Positions 1-11,640 of a stretch of DNA of 64,000 nt are shown here, one piece after another; the first letter of the stretch is position 1; every line of letters starts with the position of its first letter. Position numbers and translations under genes: made by a program. The stretch comes from Candidatus Bathyarchaeota archaeon (GTDB lineage: Archaea > Thermoproteota > Bathyarchaeia > 40CM-2-53-6), in the NCBI GenBank assembly GCA_963833125.1, contig CAWHWX010000028.1:32001-96000 (forward strand), given 5' to 3'. The notes under the pieces were generated by a model. The model had not been told where the DNA came from, searched no databases, and saw nothing but the letters and a program-made list of their open reading frames with translations.

Positions 1-582
1 GTGGATGTGGCCATCGAATCGCAAGTGCGAGACGCGATTCGCAAGGCGGAAGCAGAACTCGGATTGATTCATGTACTTGTGAACAATGCCGCCGCATTTG
101 TCTTCGGCTCCTACGATGTTACTCAGGCGGATTGGGAGCGGGTTCTTTCCGTTAACGTCATGGGTTCAGCGTTCTGCGCCAAGTACGCTGCCGAATCCAT
201 GATCCGCGCGGGTGGGGGCGCTATCGTCAACGTTTCTTCGATCAGCGGCATGATCGCGCAGGAACGGAGCCTGCCTTACAACACCAGCAAAGCGGCTCTC
301 CTCGGGCTCAACCGCTGCCTCGCCATGGATCTGGCCCGCCATCAAATTAGGGTGAATGCCGTCGCCCCAGGTTATGTAGACACTCCGCAGCTGCGGCGGG
401 ATATCGAACTGGCGGGCATGACCTATGAGCAGTCGCTCAAACTGGAGGGTCCGCTCCACATGCTGGGGCGTTTCGCGACCGCGGAAGAAATTGCCAACGC
501 AATCTTATTTCTCGCCTCCGACGAGGCTTCCTTTATTACTGGCACTTGCCTTATGGTGGATGGCGGCCTCACCGCAAAGTGA
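1..582 (+). CDS. SDR family oxidoreductase (5' end outside window)
   Basis: NNAA motif, YNTSK catalytic YxxxK, 'IRVNAVAPG', C-terminal 'FITG..LMVDGG'. Confidence 0.9.
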   Translation: MDVAIESQVRDAIRKAEAELGLIHVLVNNAAAFVFGSYDVTQADWERVLSVNVMGSAFCAKYAAESMIRAGGGAIVNVSSISGMIAQERSLPYNTSKAALLGLNRCLAMDLARHQIRVNAVAPGYVDTPQLRRDIELAGMTYEQSLKLEGPLHMLGRFATAEEIANAILFLASDEASFITGTCLMVDGGLTAK

Positions 583-607
583 ATCGGGTCGAAGTGAAGG
601 TCGTGAA

Positions 608-2014
608 TCAGAGACGCTCCGCAGCGTGGGCCGGTCGCAGGCCGATGCCGTGCCGCCGCACCAGCAGAAATAAATACAGCACACCCGCCAAACTCCACAC
701 CGTACCCACCTTCATGGCCAGCGGCGACACGCTTAGCCAGATCCACAAGCACACCAGGAAGCCGGCAATTGGCACAAATAAATATCCCCAAAGCGCAGCC
801 AAGCCACGCTGCCGCTGGCGCACAAAATAATGGCCGATGACCGATAGATTCACCACCATGAATCCCGCACAGGCGCCAAAGTTCACCAATTCCGCGGCTT
901 TGTCCAGGTCGAGCATCAGGCCGGCAGTGAGCGCAATCGCACCCATCAAAATCATGCTATAGGTCGGCGTGCGAAGTTTAGGATGCAAATAACCAAATAC
1001 AAAATGCGGCAGCTTTCCGTCCCGGGCCATGCCAAAGAGCAATCTCGATGCGCTAGCCTGGCTGGCAATGCCGCTGGCCCAAGCCTGCGCGACTACCAGC
1101 AGTGCAATCAAATAGGCCAGAGCGGGGCCGCCGATCTTTCTTCCGATATCGCTGAATGCGGTCTCGATTGGCGAAAACGTGGTGTAGTCCGGCCAAATCA
1201 GCTGGCCGAGGTAGGTCTGCAAAATAAATAGCCCGCCGGCAATCAGGCACACCAGAATTGTCGCCCGCGCGATATTTTTCTGTGGATCCTTCGCATCTTC
1301 TGCCAAAGTCGAAATGCCATCGAATCCCAAGAAAGAAAGCACGGCCACCGGCGTGGCCGCCATGACTGCTCTCAGGGAGAAATTTCCCGGAGAATAAAAG
1401 GGCTCCAGAGAAATCAAAGTGCCGCGCCCCACGCCGTGCGTAAGCGCCCACACCGCCGCAATCAGAAACCACACAATCGAAATCGAGAGAATAATATTGA
1501 AGATGGTCGTAGCGCGCGAGGTCATCTCAATACCTCGCAAGTTGATGCCGGTGATCGCGACTGAAGTCACAATCACCCATGCGCTATAGGGAATGGCGGG
1601 CACCAGCTTATTCGAAGTGACGCCCACGATGATTACGCACAGCATGGGCATCAGGATGTAATCAAGAATCATCACCCACCCGGCCAGATAGCCGACAATG
1701 GGATGAATCGCTTTCGACGCATAGGCGTACGTCGAACCCGCCTCCGGAAAGGCAGACGCCATTTTTCCGTAGCTGACGGCGGTAAAACTCACGGCAACCA
1801 TCGCGATGAGATACACCATCGCAAAGTGCCCGTGGGATTGCACTGCTCCCACACCGAAAAATGTGTATGGCGCCGTCGGGCCGACAAATGCCAGGCCAAA
1901 CAGCACCAGAGCCCACAGAGACAGGACGGGCTTGAAACTGTTCGAAGAAGTGGCTAATCCTGGCTCTGCCGTCCCGGTCGAACTATTCGAATATGGCGCT
2001 TGCGGCGCGTCCAT
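608..2014 (-). CDS. APC family amino acid/polyamine permease
   Basis: 468 aa, many TM segments, 'FPEAGSTYAY', 'SFLGFDGISTLAEDA', 'SRLLFGMARDG'. Confidence 0.9.
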   Translation of the reverse strand: MDAPQAPYSNSSTGTAEPGLATSSNSFKPVLSLWALVLFGLAFVGPTAPYTFFGVGAVQSHGHFAMVYLIAMVAVSFTAVSYGKMASAFPEAGSTYAYASKAIHPIVGYLAGWVMILDYILMPMLCVIIVGVTSNKLVPAIPYSAWVIVTSVAITGINLRGIEMTSRATTIFNIILSISIVWFLIAAVWALTHGVGRGTLISLEPFYSPGNFSLRAVMAATPVAVLSFLGFDGISTLAEDAKDPQKNIARATILVCLIAGGLFILQTYLGQLIWPDYTTFSPIETAFSDIGRKIGGPALAYLIALLVVAQAWASGIASQASASRLLFGMARDGKLPHFVFGYLHPKLRTPTYSMILMGAIALTAGLMLDLDKAAELVNFGACAGFMVVNLSVIGHYFVRQRQRGLAALWGYLFVPIAGFLVCLWIWLSVSPLAMKVGTVWSLAGVLYLFLLVRRHGIGLRPAHAAERL

Positions 2015-2184
2015 GCCGGCGGAACCTTTCGGTGCAATTGTAGTGTCGTGCGGCGCGAGTCGCAGGTAATTGTAAGCATGAGGCCCATAAGGTCTATCAG
2101 GTTTTTACAATTCCGTATCAAGATTGCTCCGTCGTTGCGACGAAAGCACATGCTACACTTTGGCGATTTCTCCTTCGTGACGGG

Positions 2185-2363
2185 ATGCGCCTGGGCTTGC
2201 TCATAGCGTTGTTCGCGGCCATACTTCTAGTTTCGCTCGGCTCGTCGTCGCAAAATGCTGCATCCCCCATTCACTTCCACTTTCAATCCATCCGTTTTTC
2301 TTTAGATAGCGATGAGACTCCTGAGCGGCACGCGCCAGAAACCATGGCTGGAGGCGTTGCAGT
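2185..2363 (+). pseudogene. N-terminal fragment of a secreted CRTAC1/ASPIC-UnbV-like protein, truncated (probable contig join)
   Basis: Signal peptide then 'ETMAGGVAV'; the expected FDYDxDG repeat is absent and unrelated sequence follows. Confidence 0.55.
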
Positions 2364-2793
2364 GACTCGCAACACACACCGCTTTACGTGCCTCAGTAGC
2401 AGCCGATAAAAAATGTGCAACCGCCAACGCTGAAATGAAAGTGGCCGCCCTCTCCTGGTGGGGCTATTGGCCCATATTTCGGCAGGGCACAAGGCGTTTA
2501 CGCTCATCTTCCCTTGGAGCAAGGAGCATTTGAGTGTAACGGCGATGTTTCGACAACGACCGAGTTTGTCTAAAGACGAAGCTAGCCAAAGACTACGGGC
2601 AATTTGGTCAGCGCGCACTAGTGATTGAAGCTGCTGAGAGCCTGTCATGCTTGCCAAAATCCCTGCAAGTCATACAAGAATCGTAAATTTGTGAAAAAAA
2701 GTCGCTCCGCAGCGCTTCGGAAGAACGTCATTCAGAGCCTGTGGAGCCTGCGCGTTTCCTCGTGAAAGCGATCAAGCCAGCGCACCGCTCCGT

Positions 2794-2866
2794 TGTCATT
2801 CCTCAAAACATCGTGCACTCGCAGAATCAATGATTTGGCGAGTGCACGATGTTTTGAGGAATGACA
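2794..2866. repeat. 29-bp perfect inverted repeat (REP-like hairpin) downstream of tRNA-Pro
   Basis: TGTCATTCCTCAAAACATCGTGCACTCGC (2794-2822) is the exact reverse complement of 2838-2866; 15-nt loop. Confidence 0.85.
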
Positions 2867-2936
2867 GGCGAAAACAGGCCGAGTTGTGGCGTGCCAGGGT
2901 GGTCACGAAACCCGCATGGATACTGGAGAAAGGTAT

Positions 2937-3013
<77 letters not shown>

Positions 3014-3194
3014 ACTGATGCGCAAGCGCGAAAAGCAATGTCCTGCAGGCCCGGACTGCGAAACGGACTCCAATGCGCAATCAAAAGTATAACATTCGGA
3101 CAGAAGATTGATGGACTCTGCTGGCTGGGTCAAATGCACGTGCGGCGTATTGCGCCAGACGAGCTACCCCATCTAAAGATGTCGGGACGATTGT

Positions 3195-3587
3195 CTAGTT
3201 CGGTTTGCGGTTCTTGCCTTCGGACATAAAGCGAAGCACTGCGGTATCGGCGGCGGAGCGGCATTTTTTGAGGAACGCGGCTTCCGCGCTGATGGAAACG
3301 TCTTCCGAAGTCCGCTGGCGGATGCTTTGCCGGAGCCGGTCGCCTGCTTCGGTTTCATTGGCCATGACTTGCATGTAGAACCAGAGAAAGTGACGCATCT
3401 GATCCACTGCCGATTTCAAGGTGCGCAGGGAATCCATCTCGGGCAGTTGGCTCATCGCTTCCATGAGTTCGGGATCGTTGGGTACTTCCATGGCGGCACA
3501 GTTCAATGCGCGTTGAATGGCGCGCAGATCTTCGGTGACGCGGTCAACCCGCAGGTGGATAGCTTCCAGATAATCATCTCGATCCAT
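3195..3587 (-). CDS. hypothetical helical protein
   Basis: 130-aa ORF with protein-like composition between tRNA and epimerase. Confidence 0.65.
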   Translation of the reverse strand: MDRDDYLEAIHLRVDRVTEDLRAIQRALNCAAMEVPNDPELMEAMSQLPEMDSLRTLKSAVDQMRHFLWFYMQVMANETEAGDRLRQSIRQRTSEDVSISAEAAFLKKCRSAADTAVLRFMSEGKNRKPN

Positions 3588-3737
3588 GGTTTTTTCGCTG
3601 CCTTCTCATCCGTAACTACGTTCGGTGACAACATCTCAACATCTCACTCGCAAAAGATCGCGAACAGATGTCCCACGGGCAGCGGCTTTCGTAATTCGTG
3701 AGTTACTTTGGTATTCCTAATGTTTTCGAACGCGAAG

Positions 3738-4457
3738 TCAACTGGCGTTGACCGGGTTTTTCATCTGCAATTGCAGGCCACCCGTGCGAATTTGCGGCAC
3801 TTCGACGATGCGCATTCCTACGCAAGGATTTTCTACCGCCGAAAGGAGGGCCCGTATCATCTGTTCGTGGGTCACCAAACCCAGGCGCAACGCGCCTTCC
3901 CGAGTTGCTGGGAAAAGCTCCATGAGGCGGTAAATCGGCAGCAGAGCATAAGGCCAGCGGTGGCCCGGCCCCAGAACGTACCAGGGCCGCAGGATAGTTG
4001 CATTGAGGCCGCTTTCGCGAATGGCTTCTTCGCATTCACTTCGTACCTGGATGTAGGCTTTCATCATGGGGGCAGGGTGGGCAACGCTCACGTAAACGAA
4101 ATGGTGCACTCCGGCGTTCTTAGCGGCGCGGACAGCATCGCACGCCGAGACCAGATCTACGCTGCGGAATTGTTCTCCCTTGGAAGGACTTGGGTGAGGA
4201 ACGCCGACCAGTTGGACGAAAGTATCGGCCGGCGCAACTCTCGAGGCGTAGGATTCGCCCCGCAGCGCATCGCCGGCCACTGCCTGGCAACCAGGCGGCA
4301 GTTTGGCTTCGGAACCGGGCCGGACCAACCCCCGCACGTCATGGCCGCGCCTGACCAGGCAGGCGATGAGAGGGCGACCCAGGTATCCGGTACTCCCAGT
4401 GACAAATACGGTGCGCTTCTGAAGTTCCATGAGTTTCCAGGGATTCGATGTTGCCAT
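3738..4457 (-). CDS. NAD(P)-binding epimerase/dehydratase (atypical SDR)
   Basis: 'VFVTGSTGYLG' Rossmann motif, 'ATILRPWYVLGP'. Confidence 0.88.
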   Translation of the reverse strand: MATSNPWKLMELQKRTVFVTGSTGYLGRPLIACLVRRGHDVRGLVRPGSEAKLPPGCQAVAGDALRGESYASRVAPADTFVQLVGVPHPSPSKGEQFRSVDLVSACDAVRAAKNAGVHHFVYVSVAHPAPMMKAYIQVRSECEEAIRESGLNATILRPWYVLGPGHRWPYALLPIYRLMELFPATREGALRLGLVTHEQMIRALLSAVENPCVGMRIVEVPQIRTGGLQLQMKNPVNAS

Positions 4458-4558
4458 AAATTACATGTACGCAGGCAAGTCAAAAGCGGATTATTCCATC
4501 TGCTGCGCTATTCTGGGTCTTCAGCTACCATGGGCAAGTTCATTCATGGCAGGGATGA

Positions 4559-5209
4559 GTGATTGCTATGCCTTCTTCCTCCGCTTTGGAAATAATCGCC
4601 AGCTACGTCGGGCATGAGATGGAAATCGATGCCGGACATCCTGTTGCCGAATGGCAAAGTGCTAATCCGGTTGTGTTTTCAGCGGATTGGCGAGGAGAAA
4701 ATTCCGAGCCTGCCCGCGAAACGCAGGTGCGGGTTTTGTGGTCGGACCAGAGTCTATATTTGCGTTTCGACTGCCGCTATCGCGAATTGTTTGTGTTTGC
4801 CGATTCTGACCCCAATGGGCGGCGCGGTCAGCTTTGGGACCGTGACGTGGCCGAGGCATTTCTGCAGCCCGATCCGCTCCGGGAGCGTTACTACAAGGAG
4901 TTTGAAGTGAGTCCCAATGGGATGTGGATTGATCTGGATATTTTTCCCGGCGGGCGGAGCGACCTGAAGAGTGAGATGTTGCGCTCGGTTATCCTTCATG
5001 AGTCGAATAAGACCTGGACGGCGGAGCTGGCAATTCCCATCCGCGCGCTCACCGCGAATTTTGACCCCACCCGGATTTGGCGAGCGAACTTCTACCGGGT
5101 AGAAGGGAAGCAAGAGCCACGAGCATATCTTGCATGGCAACCGACACTGACGGCGCAACCCAACTTTCACGTTCCTGGCAGATTCGGGTACCTGCGGTTT
5201 TCCCGGTAA
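4559..5209 (+). CDS. carbohydrate-binding family 9-like (DOMON-like) protein
   Basis: 'LYLRFDC', 'LWDRDVAEAF', 'YKEFEVSPNG', 'WRANFYR', 'PNFHVP'. Confidence 0.8.
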   Translation: MIAMPSSSALEIIASYVGHEMEIDAGHPVAEWQSANPVVFSADWRGENSEPARETQVRVLWSDQSLYLRFDCRYRELFVFADSDPNGRRGQLWDRDVAEAFLQPDPLRERYYKEFEVSPNGMWIDLDIFPGGRSDLKSEMLRSVILHESNKTWTAELAIPIRALTANFDPTRIWRANFYRVEGKQEPRAYLAWQPTLTAQPNFHVPGRFGYLRFSR

Positions 5210-5313
5210 TCTTCCTTGCCGGCGGACAACGTCGAATGAATTGCCGACTAACCTCTTAGGGAGTAGAGTATGGCCGGGATTGCAATTCCGAACCAACGGA
5301 GAATGAATTCATT

Positions 5314-5823
5314 ATGAAAGCAAATAGGCGCATGTTCCTGTTGATTCTGCCGCTTTGCCTGTTTCCACTAGCTCTATCCGCGCAGCAAGGAAAAGCTGGA
5401 GTTCTCAGTGCTCAGGACGTTAAGCGCGTTGTGCCTGCTACTTACTTTTTCCGCGGCCAATCGGCGCCGGTGCAATTACGGAACTCGGGCGGGTTCAGTA
5501 CCGCGGAGGGAAAGCTGGTTCTGGCAGGTTTCGTGGATACTTCAGGCTATTCCACCGACGTCCAGGCGAAGTACCAAGGTTTGTTCATCACCGAGGTCAA
5601 GCTCAGTGTTGAGGGGACCGATTTGGCGCCCGGCGCCTATGGCTTCGGCTTCACCAAGGACGGCAATTTCCAGGTGATGGACGTGGGCGCGAACGATCTG
5701 TTCACGGTTTCAGGGCACACTGACGACAAGATGGCGCATCCTGTGCCTTTGAAGATGGCGGCCGATGGCGATGGATATCGTCTCTACGCTGGCCGGAAGT
5801 GGGTGGCGCTGAAGCCCGAGTAG
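5314..5823 (+). CDS. secreted hypothetical protein
   Basis: Signal peptide ending ALSA-Q; 169 aa beta-rich. Confidence 0.75.
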   Translation: MKANRRMFLLILPLCLFPLALSAQQGKAGVLSAQDVKRVVPATYFFRGQSAPVQLRNSGGFSTAEGKLVLAGFVDTSGYSTDVQAKYQGLFITEVKLSVEGTDLAPGAYGFGFTKDGNFQVMDVGANDLFTVSGHTDDKMAHPVPLKMAADGDGYRLYAGRKWVALKPE

Positions 5824-5827
5824 CAAC

Positions 5828-6484
5828 TTAATGCTGTAGAGGTTGTAACGACCCCAGTATGGAGGAAATACCCGCGCGCTTGTGGAGTTCATTGAGCAGT
5901 GCCTGAGCTGCATTTTGATAAGTTTTACTGGGGTCGGATGGATCTGACCACACAGCTTCGTAAATAATCTGCGTCGCGGTTTTGACGTCAATGTGAAGCG
6001 CCGCCTCAAATTGATCGGCCCGTTCCTGCAAGTGATCGTAGCAGCCTTGACAAACCGCGGCCGGTTCAAACGATCCTTCGTGATTTTCTTCCTTGCTGCA
6101 GCGGAAGCTTGTAGTGGCATTGATTTCCAGTTCCCCGGGTTGGATCTGCGCCTTGAATTCCTGTAAAAAGCGTTCCCGCTCCTGTTCGAGAATTTCGGGG
6201 TCGGGCGTTTGCTCCGCGGCAGGGGAGGGAACTGTGATGGCTTGAATCGTGGGCGAGACGCGCTCTGTGCTCTTACAGACAGGGCAAGATGTCAAATTTG
6301 CAGCGTAGTAGGTCTTGCACTTGAGGCAAGGCAGCCCGTACCCGTAGACGCGGGGACCTAATTTGACAGCGTTAGCTCCTGCCACCGGTAAGTCCTGTTG
6401 TAAGGTGAAAGCGCTGTTGGGGGCGAGAAGCGTCGAGGCGATGGTTTGCGTGCTTTCAACCAGCGTGGATTCGGTCGAGTTCAT
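5828..6484 (-). CDS. hypothetical protein with Zn-ribbon (CxxC..CxxC)
   Basis: 'CLKC...CPVC' and later 'C..H..CQGC'. Confidence 0.7.
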   Translation of the reverse strand: MNSTESTLVESTQTIASTLLAPNSAFTLQQDLPVAGANAVKLGPRVYGYGLPCLKCKTYYAANLTSCPVCKSTERVSPTIQAITVPSPAAEQTPDPEILEQERERFLQEFKAQIQPGELEINATTSFRCSKEENHEGSFEPAAVCQGCYDHLQERADQFEAALHIDVKTATQIIYEAVWSDPSDPSKTYQNAAQALLNELHKRAGISSILGSLQPLQH

Positions 6485-6745
6485 GGCTTTCTCCGGGAGG
6501 GCAGATCTGGCTGCATCATTGATTCCAAAGGGACATTCTAGTGCGGGAGTCCCGAAATACCGATGGCACGAGAGTTCATTGTCCGACCGTGCGCAGCTCC
6601 AAAATGTGGTGGGTTCAAAGCCCCAATCGCCTGGATCGGCCGAGTTCGCGCATCACTTGCCAGCAACGCCGGGTTTCGCAGTTGACTGGAGGGTTGGGGT
6701 CCAGTAACGTTAAGAGAGTTCTGTTTCCAGTTAGCGGAGGAAGTT

Positions 6746-6937
6746 ATGTTTGATGGCCTTTTTCAGCCGACGCATTTGCTATTGATCTTCTTTATTGCCT
6801 TGCTGGTTTTTGGGCCGAAAAAGCTGCCCGAGCTTGGCAAAGGGATTGGGGAAGGCATCCGCTCCCTGAAGGAGGGAATGAAGGATACCCCACCCGAAAC
6901 TCCCAAACCAACGACTAATACCGACACCAAAGCCTAG
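6746..6937 (+). CDS. tatA: twin-arginine translocase TatA/E
   Basis: 'LLVFGPKKLPELGKGIGEGIRSLKEG'; SD GGAGG upstream. Confidence 0.95.
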   Translation: MFDGLFQPTHLLLIFFIALLVFGPKKLPELGKGIGEGIRSLKEGMKDTPPETPKPTTNTDTKA

Positions 6938-7220
6938 GAAAGTGCTTGGTTTCCGGCGACTAGGGCACACAGAAGCGATGATTCAGCGTAGGCGCATCTA
7001 GGTGGTTTTCTGTGGTAAGCGTGTTGATTTCCCGCGGGAAAACTCTGCATCCCCCTCCTAACTAACAGAATCCAACATTTATTCGGGATCTGGCGTTTGA
7101 AACCCAGGAGATAAATCCTGCGCGAGTAAAATGCTGCTTGTGGGGCTTTACCTTTTCATTGCACGACCAAGCGAGCAGGCTGCGTGGAGTGTCGTAGTTT
7201 GCTGGAGATCCTGAGAAACC

Positions 7221-10200
7221 ATGTGGATTGTTCGACTGGCCTTAAGGCGGCCTTACACATTCGTGGTGGCCGCGTTGGTGCTTTTGATCCTGGGCCCGCT
7301 GGTTATCCTCAATACCCCGACCGACATCTTCCCCAACATCAATATCCCTGTGGTCAGCATCCTGTGGAACTACACGGGCTGGATGCGGAGGAGATGTCCA
7401 ACCGCATCATCTTCCTGACCGAGCGCGCCTGACCACCATGGTGGACGACATTGAGCATATCGAGTCGCAATCGCTGAACGGCGTTGCGGTGGTCAAGGTG
7501 TTCTTTCAGCCCATGCGCAGATTGACAAGGCGATCGCGCAGGTGACCGCTATTTCGCAAACTCAGCTGCGGCAATTGCCGCCGGGAACCACTCCGCCGCT
7601 GGTGATCACCTACAGCGCTTCCAGCGTGCCCATCATCCAGCTTGCTTTCTCGGCCCAGAACTTTCCGAGCAGCAGTTATTTGACTATGGCGTGAACTTTA
7701 TCCGCACCCGGCTGGTGACCGTTCCAGGATGCGCCATTCCGTAGCCCTATGGCGGCAAGCAGCGCCAGGTGCAGGTGGACCTGGACACAGCCGCGCTGCA
7801 GTCCAAGGGCTTGTCGCCAATGGACGTGGTGAACGCCATCAGCGCGCAAAATCTGATTCTTCCTTCCGGCACGTCGAAGATCGGGCAGTTCGAATACGAC
7901 GTTGACATCAACGGCAGCCCGCAGACCGTTGACGAACTGAACCAATTTCCCGTCAAGACGGTCGGGAACACCACGATCTACATCCGCGATGTGGCGCATG
8001 TGCGCGACGGCTTCCCTCCGCAAACCAACATCGTTCGCGTCAACGGGCAGCGGGCTGCGCTGCTGACGGTGCTGAAGACCGGCAATGCCTCGACCCTGGA
8101 CATGATCTCCGGCAGTCAAGAATATGTTGCCGCAGATTGAGAGCACGACTGCCCCATCGCTGCAAGATGCAGCCTCTGGCCGACCAATCGATCTTCGTGC
8201 GCGCCTCCATCGACGGTGTGGTGCGCGAGGCGATGATTGCCGCCTGCCTGACCGGATTGATGATCCTGATTTTCCTCGGCAGCTGGCGCAGCACGTTGAT
8301 TATTGCGGTCTCCATCCCACTTTCCATCCTGACGTCGATCATCGTTCTGAGCGCGCTGGGCGAGACCATCAACATCATGACCCTGGGCGGGTTGGCGCTG
8401 GCGGTGGGCATTCTGGTGGACGACGCCACGGTGGAGATCGAGAACATCAATCGCAACATCGCCATGGGGAAAGAGATCGAGCACGCCATTCTGGACGGCG
8501 CACAGCAGATTGCGACGCCGGCGTTCGTGTCTACGCTCGCCATCTGCATCGTGTTCGTGCCGATGTTCTTCCTGACCGGCGTAGCGCGCTACTTGTTTGT
8601 GCCGCTGGCGGAAGCCGTTGTTTTCGCCATGCTGGCGTCATATCTGCTCTCGCGAACCCTGGTGCCCACCATGGCCAAGTACTTGCTGCGGGGACACGAA
8701 GCGGAAGCCGCTCACCCGTCGCGCAAAGCCGCAATCCGCTGGTGCGGATGCAAATTCGATTCGAAGAAGGTTTCGAGCGGTTCCGTGAGCGCTACCACGG
8801 ATGGTTGCAGACTTGCCTTCGCCATCAGCGCATATTCCTGTTGATGTTTGTGGGCATTTGCGTAGCTTCGCTGGTTGTTGATCGTTCCGATGGCTGGGCC
8901 AGGATTTTTTCCCATCCGTGGATGCGCGGCCAGTTCAAATTGCACCTGCGCGCCCGCACCGGCACGCGCATCGAAGAAACCGCGCGGCTTTGCGACCTGG
9001 TCGAGCAGGCCATCCGCGAGCAAATTCCAGCGCAGGACCTTGCCAGCATCATCGACAACATCGGGTTGCCCTATAGCAGCATCAACCTTTCCTACAGCAA
9101 TTCCGCGCCCATCGGGCCCGGCGGACGCCGACATCATGGTGGGCCTGAATGAGGGGCACGAGCCCACCGCCAAGTACATGCACGATCTGCGCTTGCGCTT
9201 GCCGCAAGAGTTTCCCGGCGTGACGTTTTCTTTCCTGCCGGCGGATATCGTCAGCCAGATTCTGAACTTCGGCCTGCCCGCGCCCATCGATGTTCAGATC
9301 GTGGGCAACAACGTGGACGGCAACCGCGCAGTTCGCCGATAAATTGCTGGAGCGCATGCAGTAGGTTCCGGACGGTGCGATCTGCGTATCCAGCAGCCCT
9401 TCAACCAGCCTTAGTTGCACATCAGATGTGGACCGCACGAAGGCGCAGCAGGTCGGGTTTACGCAGCGCGATGTAGCCAGCAATCTGCTGATCTCGCTCA
9501 GCGGCAGTTTTCAGACGTCGCCGGACCTTCTGGCTGAATCCAAAGAATGGCGTCAGCTATAACATCGCGACGCAGACGCCGCAATACCGCATTGAGTTCG
9601 CTGCAGGATTTGGAGAACATTCCGGTGACCGGTCCGAGTGGCGCGCAGCCCCGAGATCCTGGCGAGCCTGGCCTCCGATCACGCCGCGGCACCGGCATGG
9701 CCGTGGTCTCCCACTACGATATTCAGCCGGTCATCGATATCTTACGGCTCGGTGCAGGGACGCGATCTGGGCGGCGTGGCGACGCGACATCGACAAATCG
9801 TGGACGACAGCACAGAAGGAATTGCCGCGCGGTTCGCAGATTATCGTCCGTGGCCAGATTCAGACCATGCGCTCCTCTTATTTCGGCTTGCTGGGCGGTC
9901 TGGCGTTCTCCATTATGTTGGTGTACCTGCTGATCGTGGTGAACTTCCAATCCTGGCTGGATCCATTCATCATTATTTCTGCTTTGCCGGCGTCGCTGGC
10001 GGGGATTGTGTGGTTCCTGTTTGTTACACGCACCACGATCAGCGTGCCTGCGCTGACCGGCTCGATCATGTGCATGGGCGTGGCAACGGCGAACAGCATT
10101 CTGGTGGTGAGCTTTGCCAAGGAGCAGATGGCGGAAGGGCAGGATGCCATCGAAGCCGCGCTGCAAGCCGGGCTTCACGCGCTTTCGTCCGGTGCTGATG

Positions 10201-10401
10201 ACGGCGCTGGCCATGATCATCGGCATGGTGCCAATGGCGCTGGGACTCGGTGAAGGCGGCGAGCAGAATGCTCCCCTGGGTCGCGCAGTAATCGGCGGCT
10301 TGCTGTTTGCGACCGTGGCGACGTTGTTTTTTGTGCCGGTCTTCTTCAGTGTTGTGCACGGCATGCGGATGCGCTCGGCGCTCAATGCGCCTAAGCATTA
10401 A
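7221..10401 (+). CDS. RND efflux permease (AcrB/CzcA-like); multiple frameshifts and internal stops in this sequence
   Basis: Collinear fragments 'MWIVRLALRRPYTF', 'GILVDDATVEIENI', 'RPVLMTALAMIIGMVPMAL'. Confidence 0.85.
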
Positions 10402-10480
10402 AATTTCATAGGTCGTTGGGATTAGGAGTTTTCTGAAGGTTGAAGAGCAAACCGAGCGAAGCACAAGGACCAGTGCCACA

Positions 10481-11640
10481 GTGGAATCGCACAGTTCTGC
10501 CCGCGGCTGGTGGATTGCTGTGCTGGTGCTCGTCGTGGTGGCTGTCGTCGTTGCGCTCACGGTTCTGCCGCGAATTCAGGCGCGCAACACCCTTGCCAAG
10601 GAAACGCAGGAAATGGCAATCCCCAGCGTGGCGGTGGTGCATCCGCAGCACACGGCGCCCGCGCAGGAGATTGTGCTTCCCGCCAATGTGCAGGCTTACA
10701 TCGACTCTCCTATCTACGCTCGTACGAACGGCTATCTGCAGCGGTGGTATGTGGATATCGGTGCCCATGTGAAAGCCGGACAACTGCTGGCTGAAATTGA
10801 CACGCCGGAAGTGAATCAGCAGCTCCGTCAGGCTCGTGCGGATCTCGACACCGCCGAAGCCAACGTCAACCTCTCGCAGATTACAGCGGATCGGTATACG
10901 GACCTGCTGAAGTCAGACTCAGTTTCCAAGCAGGATGCCGATAACGCGGCTGAGCGACTATGCGGCCAAGAAAGCGACCGTCCAATCGGCGCAGGCCAAC
11001 GTTAAGCGACTGGAAGACCTGCAGTCGTTCGAGAAAATCTATGCTCCATTCGAAGGAGTTATTACCGCTCGCAATACTGATATGGGCGCGCTGATTGACT
11101 CTGGCAGCTAGCGGCGGCACGCGCACCGAGCTTTTTCACGTCGCGCAGCCGGGCAAGCTGCGTGTCTATGTCAATGTGCCGGAAGCTTATTCGCAGGCAG
11201 CTAAACCAGGACTGACCACGGATCTGACGCTGGCGGAATTTCCCGGACGCGCATTTCAAGGCAAGCTGGTTCGTACCGCCGATGCCATTGATCCCAACAC
11301 TCGCACCCTGCTGGTCGAAATTGCGGTCGACAATCCCACGGGTGAACTGCTTACCGGCGCTTATGCCGAAGTTCATCTGAAGCTGCCCACGGCAAAATCC
11401 TCATTTATCCTCCCCGTGGACACGCTGCTTTTCCGCAGCGAAGGCCTGCGCGTGGTGGTGGTGAACAACAACAAGGCCGAGCTCCGGCCGATCACGATCG
11501 GCCACGATTTCGGTTCTGCCGTCGAGGTAGTCGCCGGCTTGAAGGGGGATGAGAGCGTAGTGATCAACCCGCCGGATTCAATCGAGTCTGGAGAGAATGT
11601 GCGGGTAGTTCAGCCGTCGGCGGGAGGATCTGCGCAGTGA
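10481..11640 (+). CDS. RND periplasmic adaptor (MFP), frameshifted
   Basis: 'IYARTNGYL..VDIGAHVKAGQLLAEID', 'ADAIDPNTRTLLVE'. Confidence 0.85.

Noticed and set aside
3708-4562. 284-aa plus-strand ORF
   Set aside because: It is the antisense shadow of the NAD(P)-binding protein in GC-rich DNA.
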